Below are positions 29,434 to 38,413 of a stretch of DNA of 64,000 nucleotides, piece after piece. The position numbers and the translations under genes are program-made. The DNA is taken from contig OZ244207.1 in NCBI GenBank assembly GCA_965216875.1, forward strand, positions 5,888,001-5,952,000. Direction: 5' to 3'. Positions within the stretch are counted from its first letter, which is position 1; each line of letters begins with the position of its first letter. The notes beneath the pieces are model-generated. The model was not told the DNA's origin, searched no databases, and saw only the letters and a list, made by a program, of their open reading frames with translations. Source of the DNA: Rubripirellula sp. Lineage in GTDB: Bacteria > Planctomycetota > Planctomycetia > Pirellulales > Pirellulaceae.

Positions 29434-29592
29434 CTATCCAAATCCTTCTTCGTTGAGGACGCATGGGACTTACTGTTGCGTTGAGCCGTTTGAGTGCTCG
29501 TTAGATAGATGGTTTCAAGTCGCTGGAGATTACAGCAAACGAAAAAGAACTGCCGTTTTTTCGACGCCGCAATCCCCTGTGATTCCCGCCGT

Positions 29593-30056
29593 TCGTAGTA
29601 CCGAGCTTTAGCCGGAATCTTCTGGCTCCATGAGCCGTATGCGCTAGCATCGGGCCTCTCGCGTTTGGTTCACCGTAAGAGTAGGCCGGATCAAGGAGCC
29701 ACAGCGACGCAGATCCGGCAGCGGCGCTCGCCTGAGCGTCGGAAACCGGAAGGCGGCATGCGATCTGGCGAAGGTAGCTACGAAGACCACCGGCGGTGAG
29801 TGGCCGTGATTCACAGTGAGCCGTGATCGCGTAAGCGGCCGGGCATTGCACACAGCGTTTGGTCCGCCGTTCGCAGTACCGTCTTTTGGCGGCGTGCGCG
29901 AAGATTCCGGCTAAAGCTCGGTACTACAAACTGATCAGCCGAATGCGCTAGCATCGGGCCTCTCGCGCTTGGTTCACCGTGGCGACGGTCGCCAGAGCGG
30001 CGGGAACCGGCCAGCGGCATACTATCGCCAACCACCTTCTGGCGAAGGTAGCTACG
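29593..30056. repeat. Mosaic cluster of several GTAG-REP families
   Basis: GTAGTACCGAGCTTTAGCCGGAATCTT (29595) with inverted copy at 29901-29927. CTGGCGAAGGTAGCTACG twice. TGCGCTAGCATCGGGCCTCTCGCG(T/C)TTGGTTCACCGT twice. GTAGGCCGGATC at 29681. Confidence 0.85.
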
Positions 30057-30076
30057 AGGACATCAATACGCCGCAT

Positions 30077-30889
30077 CTACCGTTCGTCGCGGGGCGGACT
30101 GGACCGATACTCAGGCGTTTCGCAGAAATAGGCTCCGTGACTTTGAGCATACTGCCCGATTGGTACTGACCAGACTTCCGCTCCGTCCAATTTCGCACTC
30201 AACGACAAATCCGACATGCGCGCAAATGCGTAGCGCCAGTTGATCGAGTCATCGGCGTTCCTGGTTGATTCCAGCAACACCACCGATTCGAGGTCGGTCC
30301 CTTCGACATATCCGAAGATGGCTCCATAAGACTTCGAGTGAGACTGGTCACTGTAGACATAGAGCGGACGAGGGAGGACGCGCAACTCGTTCGTTTTGTT
30401 TTCCCGATCGGTGCTGGTCAACGCGAATCGTCGGGCCAGGTTACGGGCCTGCAGACTTTGTCTCTGCGACGAGGTCGCTGCGGGTACGTCATCGAGCCGA
30501 TGCCACTTAATGCCACCCTCAGGGCAATTCCAAACACGCGTTCCCTGTGTGCCACGGATCGCCGAATCGCTGAGCGATTGCAGTTCGTGGCAGACCCCAA
30601 ACTGATCTCCCCTGGGCCAGATAAAGAGTGTGCCAATCACGGCGGGTCGCTGACCGTCGGTCCACAGATAAACCGCGCCCTGACTGCCGCCGCGAACCGG
30701 CTGACTCCAATTGGTGATTGGCTCCGGACGCAAGCGAAGCGGCTTCGGTTGGGCCGACGTGCCACTGGACAGTTCGTAAGACTTCGCGAGTTTTTCGAAG
30801 TACGGATACCACGACTCTTCCTCGCACTGACCAACCAAAGCAAATCCGAGCAGACAAGCGAGCATCAAGACAAAACGGATCGCAGTCAT
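30077..30889 (-). CDS. Hypothetical secreted planctomycete protein
   Basis: GAGGAGG SD before ATG 30889; signal peptide; LRVLPRPLYVY, GAIFGYVEGTDLE, WRYAFARM. Confidence 0.8.
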   Translation of the reverse strand: MTAIRFVLMLACLLGFALVGQCEEESWYPYFEKLAKSYELSSGTSAQPKPLRLRPEPITNWSQPVRGGSQGAVYLWTDGQRPAVIGTLFIWPRGDQFGVCHELQSLSDSAIRGTQGTRVWNCPEGGIKWHRLDDVPAATSSQRQSLQARNLARRFALTSTDRENKTNELRVLPRPLYVYSDQSHSKSYGAIFGYVEGTDLESVVLLESTRNADDSINWRYAFARMSDLSLSAKLDGAEVWSVPIGQYAQSHGAYFCETPEYRSSPPRDER

Positions 30890-31254
30890 CAACCATCCTC
30901 CTCGGCAGCAAACATTAGACATATCGTCTATTTATAGAAGACGAATCTCCCCACGTCAAAACCCACCACTTTACGCGCAGCGAAAGCTGCGTCATTCAAA
31001 TCACCGATCGGGCGTGCCAACTTTAGCGAGAGTGCCTAGACTCAATCTTAGCCACTACCAGTCTCTTGACATGATCGTGCTGTTGGTTGGAACGAGCAGT
31101 TGATTCGCAACTCTCTAGTGGAGACGACGCTGAAACCGTCTTGGCTGATCGACACTCTTGCCATAGAACCGTCGTACCCCGGAACCTACCGTCGAGGCAC
31201 CTGCAGAACGTGCAGCTGCAGTAAACGCCCGTTTCCGCAATCACACGCGCACAT

Positions 31255-31294
31255 AAAAAAGGCCACGCTGCCGGAAGTGGATTGACCGCGTGGC
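31255..31294 (-). terminator. Candidate intrinsic terminator
   Basis: Minus strand GCCACGC...GCGTGGCCTTTTTT; the loop is large. Confidence 0.4.
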
Positions 31295-31469
31295 AAGATC
31301 GAGGCCGCGAGACCTCTATCCAGGATTGGTGACGCCGGTGACGTTCATGCCCCGCGTACGTAGCAAGCGACTACCGGTCCGCTCCGTTCTAAGCGGGACA
31401 GCTGCACTTAAGCAACACTAAACACGTCAACTTTTCCGAGAAGCGAAAGAGGTAGGACGTTTGCGAATG

Positions 31470-31506
31470 AAAGAAAACGCCGCCCAGAGTGTAGGCACCG
31501 GGCGGC
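31470..31506 (-). terminator. Candidate intrinsic terminator
   Basis: Minus strand GCCGCCCGG...CTGGGCGGCGTTTTCTTT. Confidence 0.45.
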
Positions 31507-31640
31507 AGAGCAACGACACGGCGCAGGCCAGCCTCATGCCTTTCGTAGGATCGACAGCCACGTCAGCGATCGTGTATTAAGAATTGAAAGTTCCTGCAAC
31601 CAGAGTAGAACGGCCGACGACCTTCGTCGAATATAACTGC

Positions 31641-31742
31641 ATGACGATTCGAGATGCTGCGTTCTTTTTGATCGCGTTGGCTGTGTTTGTGATAACGGCT
31701 TTTGTAGCTCGAGTCATCTTTGCGGCACTCGGTGCTAGTTGA
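31641..31742 (+). CDS. Small hydrophobic peptide (33 aa), single TM
   Basis: Translated by hand: MTIRDAAFFLIALAVFVITAFVARVIFAALGAS*. Below the ORF-track cut-off; no SD seen. Confidence 0.4.
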   Translation: MTIRDAAFFLIALAVFVITAFVARVIFAALGAS

Positions 31743-31993
31743 TTGTCGCGAGCTCGGCAAGAACCAGAAAGACTGCGAACTCCCGACCAAGCCTGAAAGT
31801 CTTCTGCATTGAGACGAGTGCTTATTTGATAGCTGGTCGGTAGCCTTCTCGATTACGAAAACCTAACGACAATGTATGAGTGCATACAAAAACCCATCCA
31901 CTCAAGCGATTGGACGGACTACACAACACATTCGCACGTGGGCGTAACGTGACAATGACTTTACACATCGGCAACGCTGGCCGAGAGATCCGT

Positions 31994-32131
31994 TGAGTCG
32001 TCCACAATCCGATGTCTAACCATCTCGGTCTGTGTTTCGCAGAAGAGAAAGGCGTTTCTCAGCGGCGATGCGGGAAAACGCACAACCGGAAATCAGAAGG
32101 GCTCTAACATGCCACCAAGCGGGCGTGCCGA
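31994..32131 (+). repeat. Left copy of ~140-bp imperfect inverted repeat
   Basis: CAATCCGAT...TGTGTTTCGCAGAAGAGAAAG...ACAACCGGAAATCAGAAGGGC...CCAAGCGGGCGTGCCGA aligns with the reverse complement of 32825-32962. Confidence 0.75.
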
Positions 32132-32289
32132 TAGGCAAACTACTGGAGGACCATTGCTCACCTTCAGTAGTCCGCCCAGGTACGACTGTGCCCTGGGCGG
32201 ACGCTTTTGGTCTTTGCCTGCTCGCCACCAAGGCTGAGGTTCTATTGGCCTACCCTCTCGTCGGCCGCAGCGAAACCTTTGCCCAGGCG

Positions 32290-32781
32290 CTATTTGGGTG
32301 CTAGCAGAAGAAAAGCCGAGACTCGCGAACAAGCCTGTTCGTGAGACCAGCCTTGATCGCGTAATGCGACATAGCCGGCACAGTGTCTTTTGAAACTCTC
32401 GCCTCCACCCGCAGGAATTACTTCGTCAAGTCCTTCCACAATCTCAGCGAGGCTCACTTCGATTTGGCTTCGTGCCAATATTTTTTTGGCTATGAGTGAA
32501 GATCCAACGATGCTCTCTTTCGACTCGAAACACTTGATTTCTAGTCTTGTCAGGATGGCTTCACATTCCTCAGTGCTTGCGGTCAACGACTGAGCGGCAA
32601 GCACTTGAGCTGGTGTTAGCTCTGTTGGCGAGCTTTCAATGACGCGCTCCTTTTCAGGTAGAAGTGAGCCCACGAGCCATAGCAGCACAGCGCCGCCAAG
32701 AATGACGAGACATCCGGCACGCGCTTGCTTTTCTGACCGCTTCTCTTCTGGTGTGGGAATCTTGCCAAACAGTTTGCTCAT
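32290..32781 (-). CDS. Hypothetical single-TM protein
   Basis: GAGGA SD; basic N-terminus then GCLVILGGAVLLWLVG TM segment. Confidence 0.75.
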   Translation of the reverse strand: MSKLFGKIPTPEEKRSEKQARAGCLVILGGAVLLWLVGSLLPEKERVIESSPTELTPAQVLAAQSLTASTEECEAILTRLEIKCFESKESIVGSSLIAKKILARSQIEVSLAEIVEGLDEVIPAGGGESFKRHCAGYVALRDQGWSHEQACSRVSAFLLLAPK

Positions 32782-32824
32782 AGCTCGTCCTCAATAAGGA
32801 GACCGTGCGCTAACACGGTCGCGG

Positions 32825-32962
32825 TCGGCCCGTCCACTTGGCAGCGCGTGAGTGCCCTTCTGGTTTTCTGGTTGTACGGCTGCCCCATCGTCACCGAGCA
32901 ATATCTTTCTCTTTTGCGAAAACACAAACTCGACTGGTCACAATATCGGATTGCGATCCTCA
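32825..32962 (-). repeat. Right copy of ~140-bp imperfect inverted repeat
   Basis: Reverse complement reads CAATCCGAT...TGTGTTTTCGCAAAAGAGAAAG...ACAACCAGAAAACCAGAAGGGC...CCAAGTGGACGGGCCGA. Confidence 0.75.
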
Positions 32963-33544
32963 CTATGGGACCGCTGCGTTGGCCACTGACTTGAGAATCA
33001 ACCACAGCCCAACCAGGCAGAGCATGCCGCCAGCAAATTGATCGAATAGCTTGCGTTGTTTCGGGGTCGTCTTGCGTTTGCTGAGCAACGCTCCCATTGC
33101 CGCATAAGCTAACAGGCTGATCGTGCCCACTACCGAAATCGCTAGCGCAACCAACAGCGCTGGTTCATGGCTGCGTTCTGCATAGACGGTCATGACAACG
33201 CCCGGGTATTTGGGATTCAAGCACTGCAACGCTGCGCCCTCGAACAATGTTGGTCTTCGTTCTTGCGTTTGCCGCCTTTCGCGGAGCATCAGCTGAATGC
33301 CTAGGAAAATGATGAAAGTACCACCCAAGGTCGCGAGAATACCGGATGCACGAGGTGCTATCACAAAGAGCTGCTTTGAAAACACACCCGTGGCAAATGC
33401 AATGGTGACATAGACAGACACTATGCCGAGCACGAACGGAATCACTTTGGAGATTCCATGCCGAGCTGCGAGTACGAATGACGCCAAGTTTGCAGGACCT
33501 GGGCTCACCATTAGCGGAAGAACGATGACGAGGGTTTCAATCAC
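32963..33544 (-). CDS. LysE/RhtB family exporter
   Basis: SPGPAN motif; LQCLNPK; about 6 TM helices. Confidence 0.85.
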   Translation of the reverse strand: MIETLVIVLPLMVSPGPANLASFVLAARHGISKVIPFVLGIVSVYVTIAFATGVFSKQLFVIAPRASGILATLGGTFIIFLGIQLMLRERRQTQERRPTLFEGAALQCLNPKYPGVVMTVYAERSHEPALLVALAISVVGTISLLAYAAMGALLSKRKTTPKQRKLFDQFAGGMLCLVGLWLILKSVANAAVP

Positions 33545-34070
33545 GGGAAAACCTGTTCCGTAAGACGTACAAGAGTTGGAAGGCTCGGTTTGTGTCGCTG
33601 GAATCCTTGACCATAACCGCCAATTTAGGTTCTGGTTCCGAATCGCCTAACGTACCGAATTCTGTGCGATGCCCCATACCATGACCTGGTGAATGCTGAA
33701 CGATCCCGTTCGAGGTTGACCGCCATTTAACGACCAATGGAGCCATAGGCCGGTAGTTTCACGCATCTTGTAGGACGTTGCGAACGAGTGAATTCGAGGA
33801 TTCACCTCTCCTTCGGTAGAGCACTTGCCAAGCGAAAGACTAATCTGGGTTTCCCGTGCGTGGCTTTACACACGTGCGACCGATCCCAATGATCCCGTTT
33901 CAGGACAGATTGCCATGCACGACCGACGTGAGTTTCTCCAAAATACCGTGACCCCCGAACTTCTGAGGCGCCGCCTACCGAAGGTCCGCAATGTGCGGGG
34001 CGCATGAGAGATGGAAGCCCGGCCGCTAACGCGAATCGCGGCTCACAAACCATCACGTACCGAAAGAAAG

Positions 34071-34115
34071 AGCACACCCCGGCAGGATTCGAACCTGCAA
34101 CCCTCGGTTCCGAAG
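34071..34115 (-). repeat. Duplicated 3' half of tRNA-Arg (att site of island)
   Basis: AGCACACCCCGGCAGGATTCGAACCTGCAACCCTCGGTTCCGAAG equals 42256-42299 except for one extra C. Confidence 0.92.
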
Positions 34116-34432
34116 GTCAACCCTCGATCCGCAATCAACGCGTTCTACATTGTCGCAAGTCGTTTGCTTCCGGGACTTTCCGGCGACGCAATTGAAGCCC
34201 GTAAGCTCGCTCGATTTCTAGCTTTTTAAGCGTTTTCTGTTCCTTTGCAATGAATTCTGTACCACGCCGATGACTTGGTGAATGCTGATACCGCGTGATT
34301 CAGTTCAAGATTCAAACGCCAATGGAACGAGAGACCGGAAGACTCGCGCAGATGGTGTAGACCAAATCTCTTCGCATTTGCAGTCACAACCGCGCACATT
34401 GGCGATGGAACCTGATGTGCTACGGGAGCTGG

Positions 34433-36853
34433 TCAGTCTGGCTTGGCACCGGCCGAGATCGTTTCGATCTTTGGAAGTTGCGAAAGGCGGAAATCTACGC
34501 TGGATACTAATTCAGGCAGTTCCGCGATATCGATCTGGAACGGGTTTTGAACGTACGCAGATCCGGTCTCTTGAAAATGTTGCTGCCAAAGTTCAAAGTC
34601 TGGATCGCCTTCGCCTTCGAGAAATTCGTCTTCGGAAGATTCAAACAAACTACCCGCAAAAACGTTTCCCTCGCCGACCCATCGGATCAGTCGGGCCAAT
34701 CGTTCGTCCTCATCGTGATCCACCCCGTCCTCTTCTCGCTCAACGACGAGTTGAGCCCCGCTACATAGAAAAAGCGATCGCCTTGAATCGATGCTCAACG
34801 AACCTATATGATCCTCATGCTCACTGTAGACGCTGAGGACGTGGGAACATGCAAAGGTGCAGTCGGTGATGTTGATGTCATGACCCTGTTCCTGAAAAAC
34901 CTCAATGCCGGTCTCTCCCGATACCCAACAGTTATGGAGGTTCGTGCGGGCCCTCTCCTGTGGGTCAAGACCCAAGACCAATGATTGAGGAGCGTGGAGC
35001 CGACAATTCTCCATCGATAGATTGGATTGGCTGTCTACACAAACGCCGACGGCGGCGACCAAAGTACAGTCGATCATTTTGACGTTGCCTGACGGTTCGA
35101 CACTAATCAGGGCAAAATCGTCCTCCTCGGAACTTTCCGGCAAGTAGAGTTCGATTCCCCTTAGCGTGAGGTTGCCCTCGACATGCAGCATGGCTTCGAG
35201 CTCCGCGTCTTCACCAGGCTCGGATACAAGAATCGGCTCGTAGCCCTTACCCGCTGCAATTGTGGTGGCCGACCCGACAATGGAACATGGCCTCATCTCA
35301 ACCATGCCGTTGGTGTGTATTTCAATTCGACCTCGGTTGTATTGGCTGTTGATCGCCTCCTCAAGTGATCCAAACCTTTCGAATCGATTTCCGTTTTCGT
35401 TTACGCAGATGAATGGGTTTGCTTCGTCGTCCACTTTAGCGAACCTTCTGCCTCGCGTCGCAGTGGTGTCGGTGCGTTTGCCGATCGCAGCCATTTCAGT
35501 CGAGGTAGCGGCGTTACCTGAGGTAGATGGGCCAAAGGCCACGACACATAACGCCGCGATCAGTACCGCGGCGGCGGAAAGACCAGCGTATATCCATAGT
35601 GTCCGTGACTGCCGGTTTCTGCGTTTCGCGTTGTCCCCTCGCGACGTCGAGGAAGTGTCGACTGTGACATGTGGCATCGAAGGCGTATCTTCGACGGCGG
35701 TTTCTGCTGTCACTTCCTTGACCCGCGCGGTGGCACGCTGCGACTCGATCCCCTGCGCAAGAGCGTGACGGACTTCGACGGCCGACTGAAAGCGGTCATT
35801 CGGTTTCTTTTCGAGCAGACGCATCACGATTTCGGATAGCCAGTCGGGTACGCCTGCAACCCTCTCGGCGAGCGGTTCCGGCTGCCCATTTGACAAACGG
35901 TGAAGCGTCCCCAGCAGCGAGTCGGCTTGAAATGGAGAGTCTCCACTGCACATCGCGTACAGCACGACACCGAGACTGAATAGATCCGCGCGATGATCGG
36001 CCGATTCCGGATTCTCGAGGACTTCCGGCGCGACGTAGGCGGGTGTCCCAACGAGCGTCCCTGTGCCGGTTAGTCGAGAATGATCGGCGGCGCGAGCCAG
36101 ACCAAAATCTCCCAACAGCACCTTGCCGGTCTGAGCGCTCAGCAGCGTGTTTCCCGGCTTGATGTCGCGATGCACGACACCTTTGCCATGAGCCGCCGAC
36201 AAACCCGATGCCATCTGACGGCCGATGCGAACCACGTTCTCGATGCTTATCCTCGCTCCCGAGTCGAGCTGTTGTTGCACGGAGCAGCCTTCCACGAATT
36301 CCATCACGATATAAGGTACAGGTGGTCTCGCGGAAACCGAGTGAATCGTGATCACGTTGGGATGAACGACCGCAGCGGCCGCACGCGCCTCTCGAAGGAA
36401 ACGTTCCCGCGAGGAAGCATCGCCGGCCAGCGACGGCGATAGTACCTTCACGGCAACCACGCGATCCAATGATTCCTCTCGAGCCTTGTAGACAACACCC
36501 ATACCACCACGACCGATCATCCCCAGCAGCTCGTATCCATCCTTCGTCAATGTGGTTAGGTGCTGCTGATCTTCGTGGAATTCCGCATTGGTCGAGGGAG
36601 GCTCACGTGGTGGTGACGCACGCAGCGACTTGGCCTTCTCAATCGCGTCCTGCAAATGTGGCGAGCTTGATCGCTTTTTCTTCAACTCTGGGAGTTGTGG
36701 ACCAAGACCGGACACCGCTTCCGCCAGCCGTTGTTGGCACGAAGGGCACTGACCAATGTGATTCGTCAAACGATCGGACTCCTCCTCCGCGAGCAGCTCG
36801 GAAACGAGATTCCTGAGCGTCGACTCCGAGGGGCACGCGCTACTGGCTTTCAT
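34433..36853 (-). CDS. Membrane Ser/Thr protein kinase with N-terminal zinc finger and extracellular beta-helix-like domain
   Basis: HIGQCPSC; IGRGGMGVVY; VAVKVL; HRDIKPGN; DFGLA; GTPAYVAPE; TM helix; repeated LxMENCRL/INITDCTF-type strands. Confidence 0.93.
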   Translation of the reverse strand: MKASSACPSESTLRNLVSELLAEEESDRLTNHIGQCPSCQQRLAEAVSGLGPQLPELKKKRSSSPHLQDAIEKAKSLRASPPREPPSTNAEFHEDQQHLTTLTKDGYELLGMIGRGGMGVVYKAREESLDRVVAVKVLSPSLAGDASSRERFLREARAAAAVVHPNVITIHSVSARPPVPYIVMEFVEGCSVQQQLDSGARISIENVVRIGRQMASGLSAAHGKGVVHRDIKPGNTLLSAQTGKVLLGDFGLARAADHSRLTGTGTLVGTPAYVAPEVLENPESADHRADLFSLGVVLYAMCSGDSPFQADSLLGTLHRLSNGQPEPLAERVAGVPDWLSEIVMRLLEKKPNDRFQSAVEVRHALAQGIESQRATARVKEVTAETAVEDTPSMPHVTVDTSSTSRGDNAKRRNRQSRTLWIYAGLSAAAVLIAALCVVAFGPSTSGNAATSTEMAAIGKRTDTTATRGRRFAKVDDEANPFICVNENGNRFERFGSLEEAINSQYNRGRIEIHTNGMVEMRPCSIVGSATTIAAGKGYEPILVSEPGEDAELEAMLHVEGNLTLRGIELYLPESSEEDDFALISVEPSGNVKMIDCTLVAAVGVCVDSQSNLSMENCRLHAPQSLVLGLDPQERARTNLHNCWVSGETGIEVFQEQGHDINITDCTFACSHVLSVYSEHEDHIGSLSIDSRRSLFLCSGAQLVVEREEDGVDHDEDERLARLIRWVGEGNVFAGSLFESSEDEFLEGEGDPDFELWQQHFQETGSAYVQNPFQIDIAELPELVSSVDFRLSQLPKIETISAGAKPD

Positions 36854-37439
36854 CAATCTCTCGAATCTTCTCGGCAAGCCGTTTCATAACACGGCTCTTG
36901 GCAACGTAGACCGAGCCGACGCTGAGACCGAGTGCCTCGGCAACTTCCTGAGGCGGCTGTTCTTCCACCGCAGTCAACCAAAACGCTCGCCACGTCTCTT
37001 CCCGAAACTGGTCGCGAACCTGTGTGGACGCCCAATCGATCAACTGTTGCTGGTACTCGCGGTCCCATAACCGTTGAAGATCATCGTACTGATCGGGATG
37101 GTTATTTAAAAGTTGTAGCGACTGGCTATCGCCTGTGCCCTTGGGTTGCCGTAACTGCTTTTGCTGAATTCGGGAACTGGTCCGTTTGGCAATCTTGTAC
37201 AGCCAGCTGCGGAACTTGCCGACTCGAGGGTCATACTCAAATCGCGAGATCGATTTAGCGACCTCGCCCATTACTTCCTGCACCAGATCAGCGGCATCCG
37301 ATTCCTGGAGGCTACAGCGGCGGGCAAAGCTGAAGATGAGCGGGCTGTAAATATCGACGAACTGCGACCAAGCTTCAGCATCCGCGTTATCTCGCAGCCG
37401 AATCAATAGGCTCATGCGCGTCGAAATTGCCTCGGTCAC
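36840..37439 (-). CDS. ECF sigma factor of the planctomycete kinase-associated type
   Basis: STRMSLLIRLR; AWSQFVDIYSPLI; DAADLVQEV; GKFRSWL; TWRAFWLT; SVYVAKSRV. Overlaps the kinase start. Confidence 0.93.
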   Translation of the reverse strand: MTEAISTRMSLLIRLRDNADAEAWSQFVDIYSPLIFSFARRCSLQESDAADLVQEVMGEVAKSISRFEYDPRVGKFRSWLYKIAKRTSSRIQQKQLRQPKGTGDSQSLQLLNNHPDQYDDLQRLWDREYQQQLIDWASTQVRDQFREETWRAFWLTAVEEQPPQEVAEALGLSVGSVYVAKSRVMKRLAEKIREIDESQ

Positions 37440-37600
37440 CGAAGATCTCCGAAGAGGAACAAGCAGGGATGAGAATTCAGTATAGGAGAAGCCAAGTTTT
37501 TTTCGAGATTCCGTGTAAGCAATCGGAAGATGCCCGGCAATAAGTAGGCAGGAATATTTCCGCTCTCAAATGTAACGCGCCGCACATGGAGCCAGGATTC

Positions 37601-38173
37601 ATGAGTTTCCAAACAAAGATCAGACTTGTCTTCACGCTAATCCTGTTGGCGATCGTCCCGTTATCGCTCACCGCCTTGGCACATACGGACGGTTTGGCAA
37701 ATCGTTCGCTGGCAATCGCCCGCTTCAGCGATCCGATTGATGAGACGGATGTGACTGATGCCCGCGAACCGGGTGTCGAAAACGAGCTTGCGCTGAAATT
37801 GCAAGAGAGTGACGGACCAGAGGAACCGGTGCAGGACGAATTGGATGAAGACTCCTGGGACGAAGAAGCCTGGGATGAGGAGGCAGAAGAGCACGAGGGC
37901 GACGAGGACGAATTTCAGGATTTCGAGCAACTGAACCTTGCCAGAGAGATGGCAGCGCTAGCGGACAGCAAAGCTGCCACCGTGGCCTACGCTTTGCAAC
38001 TGCTAGTCGATTCCACCGATGAGGAGTATGCCGCGAATTCACTGGAGCAGATTCTCAAAGGCACAGACGACGAGTTGACCCGGCGATTGATCACCATTCG
38101 TCTTGCAGAGACGTATGTCGAACTTGAGCAGACGGCGAAGCTTCAGCCTCTGCTCGAAGAACTTTGCCGATAG
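37601..38173 (+). CDS. Hypothetical secreted acidic protein
   Basis: Signal peptide; D/E-rich tract (DEDSWDEEAWDEE); helical C-terminus. Start 37586 or 37601. Confidence 0.75.
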   Translation: MSFQTKIRLVFTLILLAIVPLSLTALAHTDGLANRSLAIARFSDPIDETDVTDAREPGVENELALKLQESDGPEEPVQDELDEDSWDEEAWDEEAEEHEGDEDEFQDFEQLNLAREMAALADSKAATVAYALQLLVDSTDEEYAANSLEQILKGTDDELTRRLITIRLAETYVELEQTAKLQPLLEELCR

Positions 38174-38413
38174 TTTTCGACGCTAATGAGATCCCATCGC
38201 CGCACCCAGGCTACTTGCTTGGGCGCGGCGATTTCTTTTGACGTCGTCGGTCATCGCAACTTTTTTCGCAAGACTTCAGAGATTCGTGTAAGAACTCGCC
38301 GAACGCTCGCAAGGAATACGCGGGCGAGGTGGCTTGGCCTCCTTGACCAATCTCTTCGCCAACGTCTTTTCGCTTTTCGCCGCTGCTGGGCGGCATGCAA
38401 TAGGAGAATCCTG

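Noticed and set aside
33537..34077. Short ORFs between the LysE gene and the att site
   Set aside because: No recognisable motifs or convincing start signals. They may be decayed island sequence but cannot be supported.
34071..34115. Second tRNA gene
   Set aside because: Only the 3' half is present, with no D-arm or 5' acceptor strand. It is an att duplication.
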